DNA of 64,000 nucleotides, from contig NIVC01000803.1 in assembly GCA_002269645.1 (NCBI GenBank), positions 62,001 through 126,000 on the forward strand, written 5' to 3'. The stretch comes from Macrostomum lignano (taxonomy: Eukaryota). The position numbers were made by a program, and so were the translations under genes. The notes under the pieces are model-generated. The model did no database searches. It had not been told where the DNA came from and saw only the letters and a program-made list of their open reading frames with translations. Below are positions 50,191-60,964 of the stretch, piece after piece (position 1 is the stretch's first letter; every line of letters begins with the position of its first letter).

Positions 50191-50661
50191 GCAAATGTAC
50201 AGTGTTTTGGAATACTTTATTTATAACTTTCTCTGCACCCGAGAGTGGAGAGGCTACGTTTAGCCATAACCGTTTAGTGAGAAAATTCTAACCACTGCCC
50301 TCCCCTCTGTATTGGCAAACTCTGCAGAGTTTAACACTGGATAGCAATTGGCAAATCGAGGGAATCCAGCATGGTTTGTAAGAGCGAAAGATTTATGAAA
50401 AGGCGATGCGATGCAATGCAATACAACCCTACTAAATTAGGCACACCATGGAAATTTTAGGTTTCTTTTAAAGGTACTGTGTAAATTTTAAATGGCCTCC
50501 TAAGAAATGCATATTTCCTTGGTTGTTAGACTGATGCAGACTGCAGTGGAGCTAAAGATACACAAATTCCTTTCAGGGCTGCAAATTGGCAAGAAAGATG
50601 ACGTGATCAAAGCATGAGAACAACCATGAGAGTACTACGTCCCACAAACTGGCTTTCCAAG

Positions 50662-51938
50662 CAGGGATGGGCAGACTTTTACCTCAAAGGCCAGATAAAG
50701 AATCCAGCTCATAGCTGAGGGGCAGATGAAAGTGGAAAGAAGAAGGAATAGATGATTCGAAGAGAGGAGAGGCGACAGAGGGGATAAAAGAAAAGATGAA
50801 AGATAATAGGAGAGATGAGGGGGTGAGGACGATGAGAGAGAGGGGAGAAGAGGGGAGAGAGGAAAAGCGAGAGGAGAGATGAGAGATGAGAGAGCAGAGA
50901 GTAGAGATAAGAGAGCAGAGAGCTGCAGATGAGAGGAGAGAGGAGACAGCAGAGAGGAGAGCAGAGAGGAAACAGGTGAAAGAAGAGATGAGAGAGTAAA
51001 GGGAAGAGAGAAGAGATAAAGATACATCTCTACATCTCTAAGGTTCTAGAGATGAGAGAGGTGGAAAGAGAGATAAGAGATAATGGAGAGAGGAGAGTGG
51101 AGTGAGAGAAGAGAGGGAGACAGAGTATAGAAAAGGGAAGAGAAGAGAAAAGAAGAAAGGAGAAAGGAAAGTGAGGAGTCAAAAGAGGGGAAAGAAAAGA
51201 GTACAGAGGAGAGAGGTGAGAGAACATATAAGACATAGATGCCAGATTAAAGAGGGGGATGAGAGAGCAGAGACGAGAGTGAACAGATAAAAGATGGGAG
51301 AGTAGAGAGAACAGAGGAGAGGTTAGAGAGGAGAGAGGAGAGACAAAGGTAGAGAAGTGAGTGAGGAGAGAGGAGAGGAAAGAGGAGAATGGAGGGGGGA
51401 GAGAGTAGAGAGAGAAGGAGAGATAAGAGAAAAAGACAGAGAGAGAGAGAGAGAGGGGGGGAGCAGAGAGAAATGAGAAATGAGAAGAGATAAGAGAGAA
51501 AAGATAAAAGAAGAAAAAGGAAAGATGAGAGAGCAAAGACGAGAGAGCAAAGACGAGAGAGAAAAGAGGTGAGGGAAGAGGCGAGAGAAGAGGGGAGAGA
51601 TGAGAGAGTAGAGGAGAGAGTTAAGAGTAGAGAGAAAAGAATAGAAAGGAGAAGGAAGATAAGAGAGAAGAGGGGGTGAGAGGAGAGAGGAGAGGGAGAG
51701 AGAGGAGAGAGGAGAGGAGAGAGAAAACGAAAAAGTAGAGAGGAGAAAGGAGAGGAGAGAGAAAAGAAGAGAGATGAAAGAGAGAGAGATGAGGGAAGAT
51801 ACGAGAGATGAGGGGAGAGAGGAGAGAGGAGAGACGACGGACGAGAGAGATGAGAGGAAACAAAGAGACGATAGAAATTTTAAAGGATCCAAGGGACATA
51901 GGGAGAGTCAGGGAGAGGCCAGAGTTTGCCAATACATG
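50662..51938. mobile_element. hAT MITE-related element with a 1.1-kb polypurine (AG) tract
   Basis: The left end CAGGGATGGGCAGACTTTTACCTCAAAGGCCAGATAAAGAATCCAGCTCATAGCTG is the reverse complement of 27320-27385. The right end ...CCAGAGTTTGCCAATACATG is an imperfect TIR. TSD not matched. Confidence 0.6.
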
Positions 51939-52833
51939 TTTTAGAGTCAGACAGACATTGCCTGGCATTCTGTGGAGTACCCCAGCAAACAATATCAACA
52001 TTTGCCTCAAACCCTAATTTTACACGAATGTGCTCCATTTTATGTCTACCTCTATCCTACTAACATTAATTTGTTTGTGTATGGCGTTAGATTTCAGAAT
52101 ACATGCAAAAGTAGTTCCCGGGATTGGAATTCCCCGGGTTCAAAATCCGCGGGTTTCAACAGCTTGTTTATTATAATTAGCCCTAAGCCTATACTATAAT
52201 AACAACTATATTTTAATAAATTATATAAAATTTAATAGGCCTAACTCAATATTATCTCAACAAATGATAAAATTTATTATAAATTTATATGCCATAGGCC
52301 TAGGGCCTAATTCTAGTGGCATAACTAGAAGGCAAGGGGCAGTTTCCTTTCCCCTTAAGCAGAGACTAGAAAAAAGGGGATCTTAGTCAAATTGTCAATT
52401 GGCATTTTGTCAACTATAGAGCCATTGTTCTCTCTTAGAGCACTTTGTCAATTGGCCAATTAGTAGACCTAAATATGGTCACTTTATCACTGTGTATTAT
52501 ATACATATATGCAATTTAATATTTTATACACATGTTTATTGCTATATTTATACCAAGAATTGTTCTGTTAAACTCTCTTAAATGAAAGAAGAAAGTCAAG
52601 CAGGTTAATTATTTCAAAGTGCAATATATTGAATTGACCTATTGTTTCCAAAATATATAAATAATGTATGTTTGAATTTTTTGAAGGTTTTCAAATGTTT
52701 GAAGTGTTTTTACATGTTTTTACATGTTTGAAGATATTCAAATTTAGATTTAAATAAAAAATCAACATTAAATTACAACAAAGTATATACATACTTAAGA
52801 AAGAATGATAGTGACAAACAATTAACTATTTAA

Positions 52834-55800
52834 CAGTAGGAATACCAAGCCATTTTTCCGCCCGTCAAACTACCAAGAGGGGGGGGGGGAAATTCCCCCC
52901 CCCCCTGACAATTTTTTTTGCTGCGCCGGAACGGAGCAACGCAGGCACACAAAATTCAAGAACACGGGCTAACTTTTTGTTGCGCACCTTCTCAAACAAG
53001 AATCAAGTCGCCAGCCCTTGGGACCATCGAGATATTTGACGATTCTACCAGAAGGTCGGATTTTTCCCATAAGCGCCAGTGTATTCAGTACACCCCTGTG
53101 CGCCAAATAGCACTGCGCCTCAGTGCAGCCTTGCCGAGTCTCCAAATTTCATCAGCACATCGACCAAATGTGTCTGCATCAGTTCTGACTTCGTTGGTTA
53201 CTGGCCTTCACCGAGACAGAGCTTCTAGACCTTCAACAGGTGGCACCAGGTGACTATGAACACCTTGATGCGAATTTCTCTAGTTTCACCGATCAAGCCT
53301 CGACAGTAGGCAAGCCTCGACAGTAGGCAAGCCTTAACTGCCAGACACCCTCAGCTAGTCTCCTGAGCATTCCTTCATCATCCCGACACCGTCGGCTCCT
53401 TCAACAGATTACACCAGGTGACTATGGACAGCCTGTTGCAAATATGTCAGTTTTTTCTTATCAAGCTTCAATAATGAGCAAACCTCAACTGCTGGACATC
53501 CTCAGCTAGTCAGTCAAGCATTCAGCCATCACCCCGACGCCGTCAGCACCTTCAACAGGTGGCACCAGGGGAGTAAGGACACCTGAGCGTGATTTTTCAT
53601 CATGCTCTTAACATTTCTGAATCATTAAAAAATGAAAAAAACGGATTGAATTTACTGGCTTCTGTAGGGCATAGGCCGTGCGCTGCACTCTCTGCCCCAC
53701 ATTATTATTCATGACTCATTCTCTCGCCTAAACTTGTTTACCAATTCTCGACCAATTGCGCATCGCTGCACCCCACCCCACAATATTGACTAATAAATAT
53801 ATTGAGTAAACAGAGCCATACAGAGGCCACCTTTTCGGCACGCAAACCCAGACTTCACAGCTTCTTAGAAGCATAACCCTTTCTGCATAAAAATTGGGTT
53901 CAATATTATAGTTGAATAAACTAAACAGCTTTTCGAATAAAATATGTATGTAGCTCGTATGCATAAAAGTATGTGTAATAATAATATAAATATACAGCAA
54001 CATGAGTTCAAGCTTAACTATAGCAATGTCCGTGCTTTAAAAATTTTGAGAGCTTCAGAAATGTTAAGAGCATGATGAAAAATCAGGCTCAGGTGTCCTT
54101 ACTCCCCTGGTGCCACCTGTTGAAGGTGCCGACGGCGTCGGGGTGATGGCTGAATGCTTGACTGGCTAGCTGAGGATGTCCAGCAGTTGAGGTTTGCTCA
54201 TTATTGAAGCTTGATAAGAAAAACCTGACATATTTGCAACAGGCTGTCCATAGTCACCTGGTGTAATCTGTTGAAGGAGCCAATGGCGTCGGGATGATGA
54301 CGGAAGGCTTGAGAGACTACTGAAGGTGTCCGGCAGTTGAGGCTTGCCTACTGTCGAGGCTTGATCGGCGAAACTAGAGAAATTCGCATCAGGGTGTCCA
54401 TAGTCACTTGGTGTCATCTGTTGAAGGAGCCGACGGCGTCGGGATGATGACGGAAGGCTTGAGAGACTAGCTGAGAATGTCCAGCAGTTGAGGCTTGCCC
54501 ACTGTCGAGGCTTGATCGGCGAAACTAGAGAAATCAGCATCAGGGTGTCCATAGTCATCTGGTGTCATTTGTTGAAGGTGCCAACGTCATCGGGGTGATG
54601 ACGGAATGCTCGAGAGACTAGCTGACAATGTCCGTCGGTTGAGGTTTGCCCATTATTGAAGCTTGATAAAAAAGACCTGACATAGTTGCAAAAGGATGTC
54701 CATAGTCACCTAATGCCACCTGTTGAAGGTGCCGACGGTGTCGGGATGATGACGGAATGCTTAGGAGACTAGCTGAAGGTGTCCGGCAGTTGAGGCTTGC
54801 CTACTGTCGAGGCTTGATCGGGGAAACTAGAGAAATTCTTATCAGGCTGTCCATAGTCCCCTGGTGTAATCTGTTGAAGGAGCCGACAGCGTCGGGATGA
54901 TGGCTGAATGCTTGACTGACTAGCTGAGGATGTCCAGCAGTTGAGGTTTGCTTATTATTGAAGCTTGATAAGAAAAACCTGACATATTTGCAACAGGCTA
55001 TCCATAGTCACCTGGTGTAATCTGTTGAAGGAGCCGACGGCATCGGGATGATGACGGAAGGCTTGAGAGACTAGCTGAGAATGTCCAGCAGTTGATTTTT
55101 GCCCACTGTCGAGGCTTGATTGGCGAAACTAGAGAAATCAGCATCAGGTTGTCCATAGTCATCTGGTGTCATTTGTTGAAGGTGCCGACGTCATCGGGGT
55201 GATGACGGAATGCTCGAGAGACTAGCTGACAATGTCCGTCGGTTGAGGTTTGCCCATTATTGAAGCTTGATAAGAAAGACCTGACATAGTTGCAAAAGGA
55301 TGTCCATAGTCACCTGATGCCACCTGTTGAAGGTGCCGACGGTGTCGGGATGATGACGGAATGCTCAGGAGACTAGCTGAAGGTGTCCGGCAGTTGAGGC
55401 TTGCCTACTGTCGAGGCTTGATTGGCGAAACTAGAGAAATTCGCATCAGGGTGTCCATAGTCACTTGGTGTCATCTGTTGAAGGAGCCGACGGTGTCGGG
55501 ATGATGACGGAATGCTTGAGAGACTAGCTGAAGATGTTCCGCGGTTGAGGCTTGCCCATTGGCAAGGCTTGATCAGCGAAACTAGAGAAATTTGCATCAG
55601 GGTGTTCATAGTCACCTGGTGTAATCCGTTGAAGGTGCCGACGGCGTTCGGGTGATGATGGAAGGCTCAAGAGACTAGCTGAGGATACCTAGCAGTTGAG
55701 GTATGCCCGCTGTTGAGGCTTGATCAGCGAAACTTGAGAAATTTGTATCAGAGTGTCCATAGTCACTTGGTGCCACCTGTTGAAGGTCCAGAAGCTCCGC

Positions 55801-56154
55801 CTGGGTGAAGGCTAGTGACCAACGAAGTCAGAGCTGATGCAGACACATGTGGTCGACGTGCTGATGAAATTTGGAGACTTGGCAAGGCTGCACTGAGGCG
55901 CAGTGCTATTTGGTGCACAGGGGTGTACTGAATACACTAGCGCTTATAGGAAAAATCCGACCTTCTGGCAGAATCGTCGAATATCTCGCCAGTCCGGAGG
56001 GCTGGCAACTTGATTCTTGTTTGAGAAGGTGCGCAACAAAAAGTTAGCCCGTGTTCTTGAATTTCGTGTGTCTGCGTTGCTCCGTTCCAGCGCAGCAAAA
56101 AAATTGTCAGGGGGGGGGGGGGGAAATTTCCCCCCCCCCTTGGTAGTTCTACTG
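52834..56154. mobile_element. Foldback-type element: about 400-bp outer IRs, 151-bp inner tandem repeats, asymmetric arms, about 430-bp non-coding spacer
   Basis: TTAA|CAGTAG ... CTACTG|TTAA ends. 52868-53250 is the reverse complement of 55760-56148. Inner ends TTTTTCATCATGCTCTTAACATTTCTGAA (about 53592) and TTCAGAAATGTTAAGAGCATGATGAAAAA (about 54054) are inverted. TTGAAGG recurs every 150-151 bp from 54120 to 55780; the left arm has 2 units and the right arm 11. Confidence 0.9.
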
Positions 56155-56280
56155 TTAATCACTGAATATTGATCTTAGAAATCACAAATGAAAAATTTTA
56201 TACCAAGGCAATATATATTTATCATTAAAGTAACCATAATTAAAAATGAGATCATAGTTTCATCTATTGCAAATACTGTG

Positions 56281-57008
56281 GGGGGGGGGCGCTTCATAAG
56301 ACCTAAATTTCACAACACCTAAAGCACATGACTTCACATCACCTGAATTTCATAACGCCTAAATTTCACAACGCCTAAAATCGAAAATGCAGCCTCCTTC
56401 ACAACGCCTACATTTCACATCGCCTAAATTTCTCAACGCCTAAAATTTCTGCATGCTCTTTCACATCGCCTAAATTTCATATCGCCTAAATTTCATAGCG
56501 CCTAAAACCGAAAATGCATCCTACTTCATATCGCCTAAATTTCATATCGCCTAAATTTCACAATGCCTAAAAATCTGCATGTTCTCTCATATCACCTAAA
56601 CTTCATATCGCCTAAATTTCACAACACCTAAAACTGAATGTGAAGGAGAGAAGCAAAGATTTTAGGCATTGTGAAATTTAGGCGATATGAAATTTAGGCG
56701 ATGCGAAAGGTGCTGCATTTTCGGTTTTAGGCGTTGTGAAATTTAGGTGATATGAAATTTAGGTGTTGAAAGAGGCTGCATATATTTTAGGCGTTGTGAA
56801 ATTTAGGCGATATGAAATTTAGGCGATGTGAAGGAGGCTGCACTTTTGATTTTAGGCATTGTGAAATTTAAGCGATATGAAATTTAGGCAATGTGAAAAA
56901 GCGTGCAAATATTTTAGGCATTGTGAAATTTAGGCGATATGAAATTTAGGCGTTGTGAAGTGTGGTAGTTTTAGGCGTTGTGAAATTTAGGTCTTATGAA
57001 AGCGTCCC
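56281..57008. mobile_element. 728-bp palindromic MULE-like MITE built from 16-bp subterminal units
   Basis: GGG...CCC termini; perfect 8-bp TSD ATACTGTG (56273-56280 and 57009-57016). Left half CCTAAATTTCACAACG units, right half their inverse (TGAAATTTAGGCGATA/TTG). Right end ATGAAAGCGTCCC. Confidence 0.88.
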
Positions 57009-57759
57009 ATACTGTGATCCCTTTTAAATAATCACTTTGTCAATTGCAAATGCTGTTACCCTTATCAAATAGTCACTTTGTCAATTTCAAATGCTGCTAC
57101 CCTAACCAAATAGTCACTTTGTCAACCATTTGAAAAAATGCCAGTTGATAAAATGACTAGCACCCAAAAAGCCTCCCCTTCTACCTTCCTTGGGTTTAGC
57201 CTTAGGTTTTTACCTTCAAAATCTGCTTTTTTACTCAACAAATTTCTAGTTGTGCTACCATATAATTTCAAGTTTACATTAGATTAATCTTTTAATATCA
57301 TTTTAGGGAGTCTATTTTTCATCCCCTTTCAATTTTCTTTTAGATTAGTCTCCTTTTCTATACAAGGCCTACCTATAGAGCAAAAGTAACTTTTGTGGCA
57401 ATATTAGATAATTTTATGAATGAATTTATAAATTTAAAGATATAGAAACCTTTTGATTGCCATAAAATAGCTTATGTGTTATTATTTTATAATTGATATC
57501 AATTTATTTTTTACAAAAGTGTAATAAAGGGGTTTGATGAGTTTTTTATTTAAAAAAATATAGAAATATTTGCATTTCATTATGTTGACCTATCTCATTG
57601 AGAGATCTTCATAAAAATCTAGTTTATAAAAACTAGCAATCTTTGCCCCCCAATAAGAGACATCTGGATAGAATCTTTGTTCTTTACAAGTAACAAATAG
57701 ACAGCGAAATAAAGCCTTCAAAAAACAACAGACATTCCCTCTAAAAAGAAACCATCCCA

Positions 57760-59220
57760 AGAGAGCAAGCATCCCCAGAAAGCATGCAAGCATCCCCAGA
57801 TAGCAAGCATCTCCCAGACCACAAGCATCCCCCCCAATAACAAGCAACCCCAGATAGCAAGCATATCCCAGTTAGCAAGCATACCCCAGATAACAAGCAT
57901 CTCTCAGATAGCAAGCATCTCTCAAATAGCAAGCATACCCAAGATAGCAAGGATCCCCTAGACAGCAAGCATCCCCCCCCCCAGATAGCAAGCATCCCCC
58001 AGACAGACAGCAAGCATCCCCAAGATAGCAAGCATCCCCAAGATAGCAAGCATCCCCAAGATAGCAAGCATCCCCAAGATAGCAAGCATACCCCAGATAG
58101 CAAGCATACCCCAGATAGCAAGCATACCCCAGATAGCAAGCATCCCCCAGACAGCAAGCATCCCCCAGATAGCAAGCATCTCCCAGATAGCAAGCCTACC
58201 CTAGATAGCAAGCATCCCCTAGACAGCAAGCATCCCCCAGATAGCAAGCATACCCCAGATAGCAAGCATACCCCAAATAGCAAGCATACCCCAGATAGCA
58301 AGCATCCCCCAGATAGCAAGCATCCCCCAGATAGCAAGCATCTCCCAGATAGCAAGCCTACCCTAGATAGCAAGCATCCCCCAGACAGCAAGCATCCCCC
58401 AGATAGCAAGCATCCCCCTAGATAGCAAGCATACCCCAGATAGCAAGCATACCCCAGATAGCAAGCATACCCCAGATAGCAAGCATCCCCCAGACAGCAA
58501 GCATCCCCCAGATAGCAAGCATCTCCCAGATAGCAAGCCTACCCTAGATAGCAAGCATCCCCCAGACAGCAAGCATCCCCCAGATAGCAAGCATCTCCCA
58601 GACAGCAAGCATACCCCAGATAGCAAGCATCCCCCTAGATAGCAAGCATACCCTAGATAGCAAGCATCATACCCCAGATAGCAAGCATCATATCCTAGAT
58701 AGCAAGCATCCCCCAGACAGCAAGCATACCCTAGATAGCAAGCATCATACCCCAGATAGCAAGCATCATATCCTAGATAGCAAGCATCCCCCAGACAGCA
58801 AGCATCCCTAAGATAGCAAGCATCCCCCCGATAGCAAGCACCCCCCTAATAGCAAGTATACCCCAGATAGCAAGCATCCCCCAGACAGCAAGCATCCCCC
58901 AAATAGCAAGCATCTCCCAGACAGCAAGCCTACCCCAGATAGCAAGCATCCCTTAGATAGCAAGCATCCCCCAGATAGCAAGCATCTCCCAGATAGCAAG
59001 CATCCCCTCGATAGCAAGCCTACCCCAGATAGCAAGCATCCCTGGATACAAAGAGTCCTTATAGATAGCTAGCAAACCCCTCTCAGATAGCAAGTACCCA
59101 CCATCCCCCAAGAGCAAGCATCTCCCAATAACAAGTTACCCCAGTAGCAAGCATCCCTCAGATAGCAAGCATCCCCCTGATAGCAAGTATCCATCCTTAA
59201 ATAGCAAACATCTACCAGAC
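57760..59220. repeat. 18-bp minisatellite (GATAGCAAGCATCCCCCA), about 75 units
   Basis: Read directly; a diverged sister array lies at 60410-60845. Confidence 0.95.
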
Positions 59221-59289
59221 AACAAGTAGCTAGTGCAACAATTTCCATAGCTTTATAATGGCTCCATTTTGTTTGGCATGATGCTTCTT

Positions 59290-59570
59290 TTTTCATTTCA
59301 ATTTCTATCTCTTTTACGTTTGACATGGCATCTCTTTTATGTTTGACATGGCATCTTTTATATGATTGACATGATGGTTCTTTTATGTTTGACATGGTGC
59401 CAATTTTATGTTTGGCATGGTGGCTCTTTTATGTTTGACATGGTGGCTCTTTTATGATTGACATGGTGGCTCTTTTATGTTTGAAATGGTGGCTCTTTAA
59501 TGTTTGACATGGTGCCAATTTTATGTTTGACATGGTGCCACTTTTATGTTTGACATAGCACTTCCTTTAT
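59290..59570. repeat. About 23-bp minisatellite (TTTATGTTTGACATGGTGGCTCT)
   Basis: About 12 degenerate units. Confidence 0.85.
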
Positions 59571-59629
59571 GTTTAGCAGTTTTGTGTTTTTAAAGTGTTT
59601 AAAGTTTTTAAAGTCGAAATTATTTTGCG

Positions 59630-60210
59630 CTACTAAGATGCAAACCCAGGTTGCTACATTAGCAGTCTAGTCTGTTCGCATCTAGGCTATCTATTTTCAA
59701 TTGGAGAACTTAAACTGTGGCCCTTATAATTCAATTCTTACAGCAAGTCGGTTAGGGTAAAAAGGGTAAACATAATCAATTTCTCAGTCAGCCAGTATCA
59801 GTCTCAATTTAAGTTAGCAATATGGTTACACAATTTGTGTCAAGTTGTATGTGCTTTTCTCTGGCACTGTTTTCAACTTGGTGTGATGTAATCTTTATCA
59901 GAATTGAAATTCAGTCAGTCAGTTTTTTCTCTAGTATTCTTACAATGCATTTCAAGTCAAAATTTTGCTTGACCTTTGCGAAAAAGCATGTTTTTCAAAT
60001 ATTTTATCCCTTTAACATTGAGCAATTTCTTAGCTAAGATGCATGTACTGTCCCAGGAACATTTCTGATCAAATGGTGCAAGTTTGACAAAAATTGGTTG
60101 AGCTGTTTTTTCTGAAATCTATCACATACCTACCTACCTACCCACAGAAACTCATTTTTAGTATATCTGAAGCAATCTAGTGCGGCCCCCCTTCGGGGCG
60201 CCCAATAAGA
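59630..60210. mobile_element. Dispersed repeat core (tRNA-like piece + about 400-bp core + (ACCT)n + GC hairpin); possible Helentron/DINE-like end
   Basis: 59640-60010 is homologous to 63560-64000. It ends with CATACCTACCTACCTACC and the hairpin GCGGCCCCCCTTCGGGGCGC at about 60183-60203. Confidence 0.5.
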
Positions 60211-60409
60211 AAGGAGCAAAAATAGTTCATGGAAAACAATAAAAAAACACATTTTCTTAAACACTAATTCCTTCTTCACATTTTAAAAATCACCTTATTC
60301 GTGTAAAATTGTCACGGACTAAGATGTTTGCAAAATTAAAAAATCACTTTTTCTCTAAAATTAACAAACAGTCAACAAAATATCGTTTCACTAAATAGAA
60401 AATATTCCC

Positions 60410-60845
60410 AAGACAGCAAGCAACCCCCTCCAAAAGTGAACAATCGCAGATAGCAAGCATCCTCTAATGCTCATAGCAAGAATCACCACAGATAGCAAGC
60501 ATCTGCAGATTAGCAAGCACCCCCCAGATATTATAGAAGCATCCACCCAGATAGCAAGCATCCACTCAGATAGCAAGCATTCTGCAGATATCAAGCACCC
60601 CCAGATATTATAGAAGCATCCTGCAGATAGCAAGCACCCCCCAGATATTATAGAAGCATCCACCCAGATAGCAAGCATCCTGCAGATAGCAAGAATCCCT
60701 AAATAGCAAGCATCCTGCAGATAGCAAGAATCCCTGAATAGCAAGCATCCCTGGATAGAAAGAATCCCATGCATGTAGCCAGTACCCCCTCTCCCAAATA
60801 GCAAGTATCCCCCTCGAGAGCAAGCATCCACGAGACAGCAAGTAG
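60410..60845. repeat. Diverged GATAGCAAGCATCC minisatellite
   Basis: Same core as 57760-59220 and the same terminal motif GACA(A/G)CAAGTAGCTAGTGCAA. Confidence 0.85.
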
Positions 60846-60964
60846 CTAGTGCAAATGTTACTTCCGCTAATGCAATAATCGCTTTCTCAGGTTGTGCAAC
60901 AATCCACGTCTCAGCGAGCGCAATAATCTCTTTTTTAGACAGCGCAGTAATCAGCTTCTCAGCT

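Noticed and set aside
50635-52017. Leu/Ser-rich transmembrane-looking ORFs (also 27002-27350 and 36067-36465)
   Set aside because: Translations of CT/AG low-complexity tracts inside MITEs.
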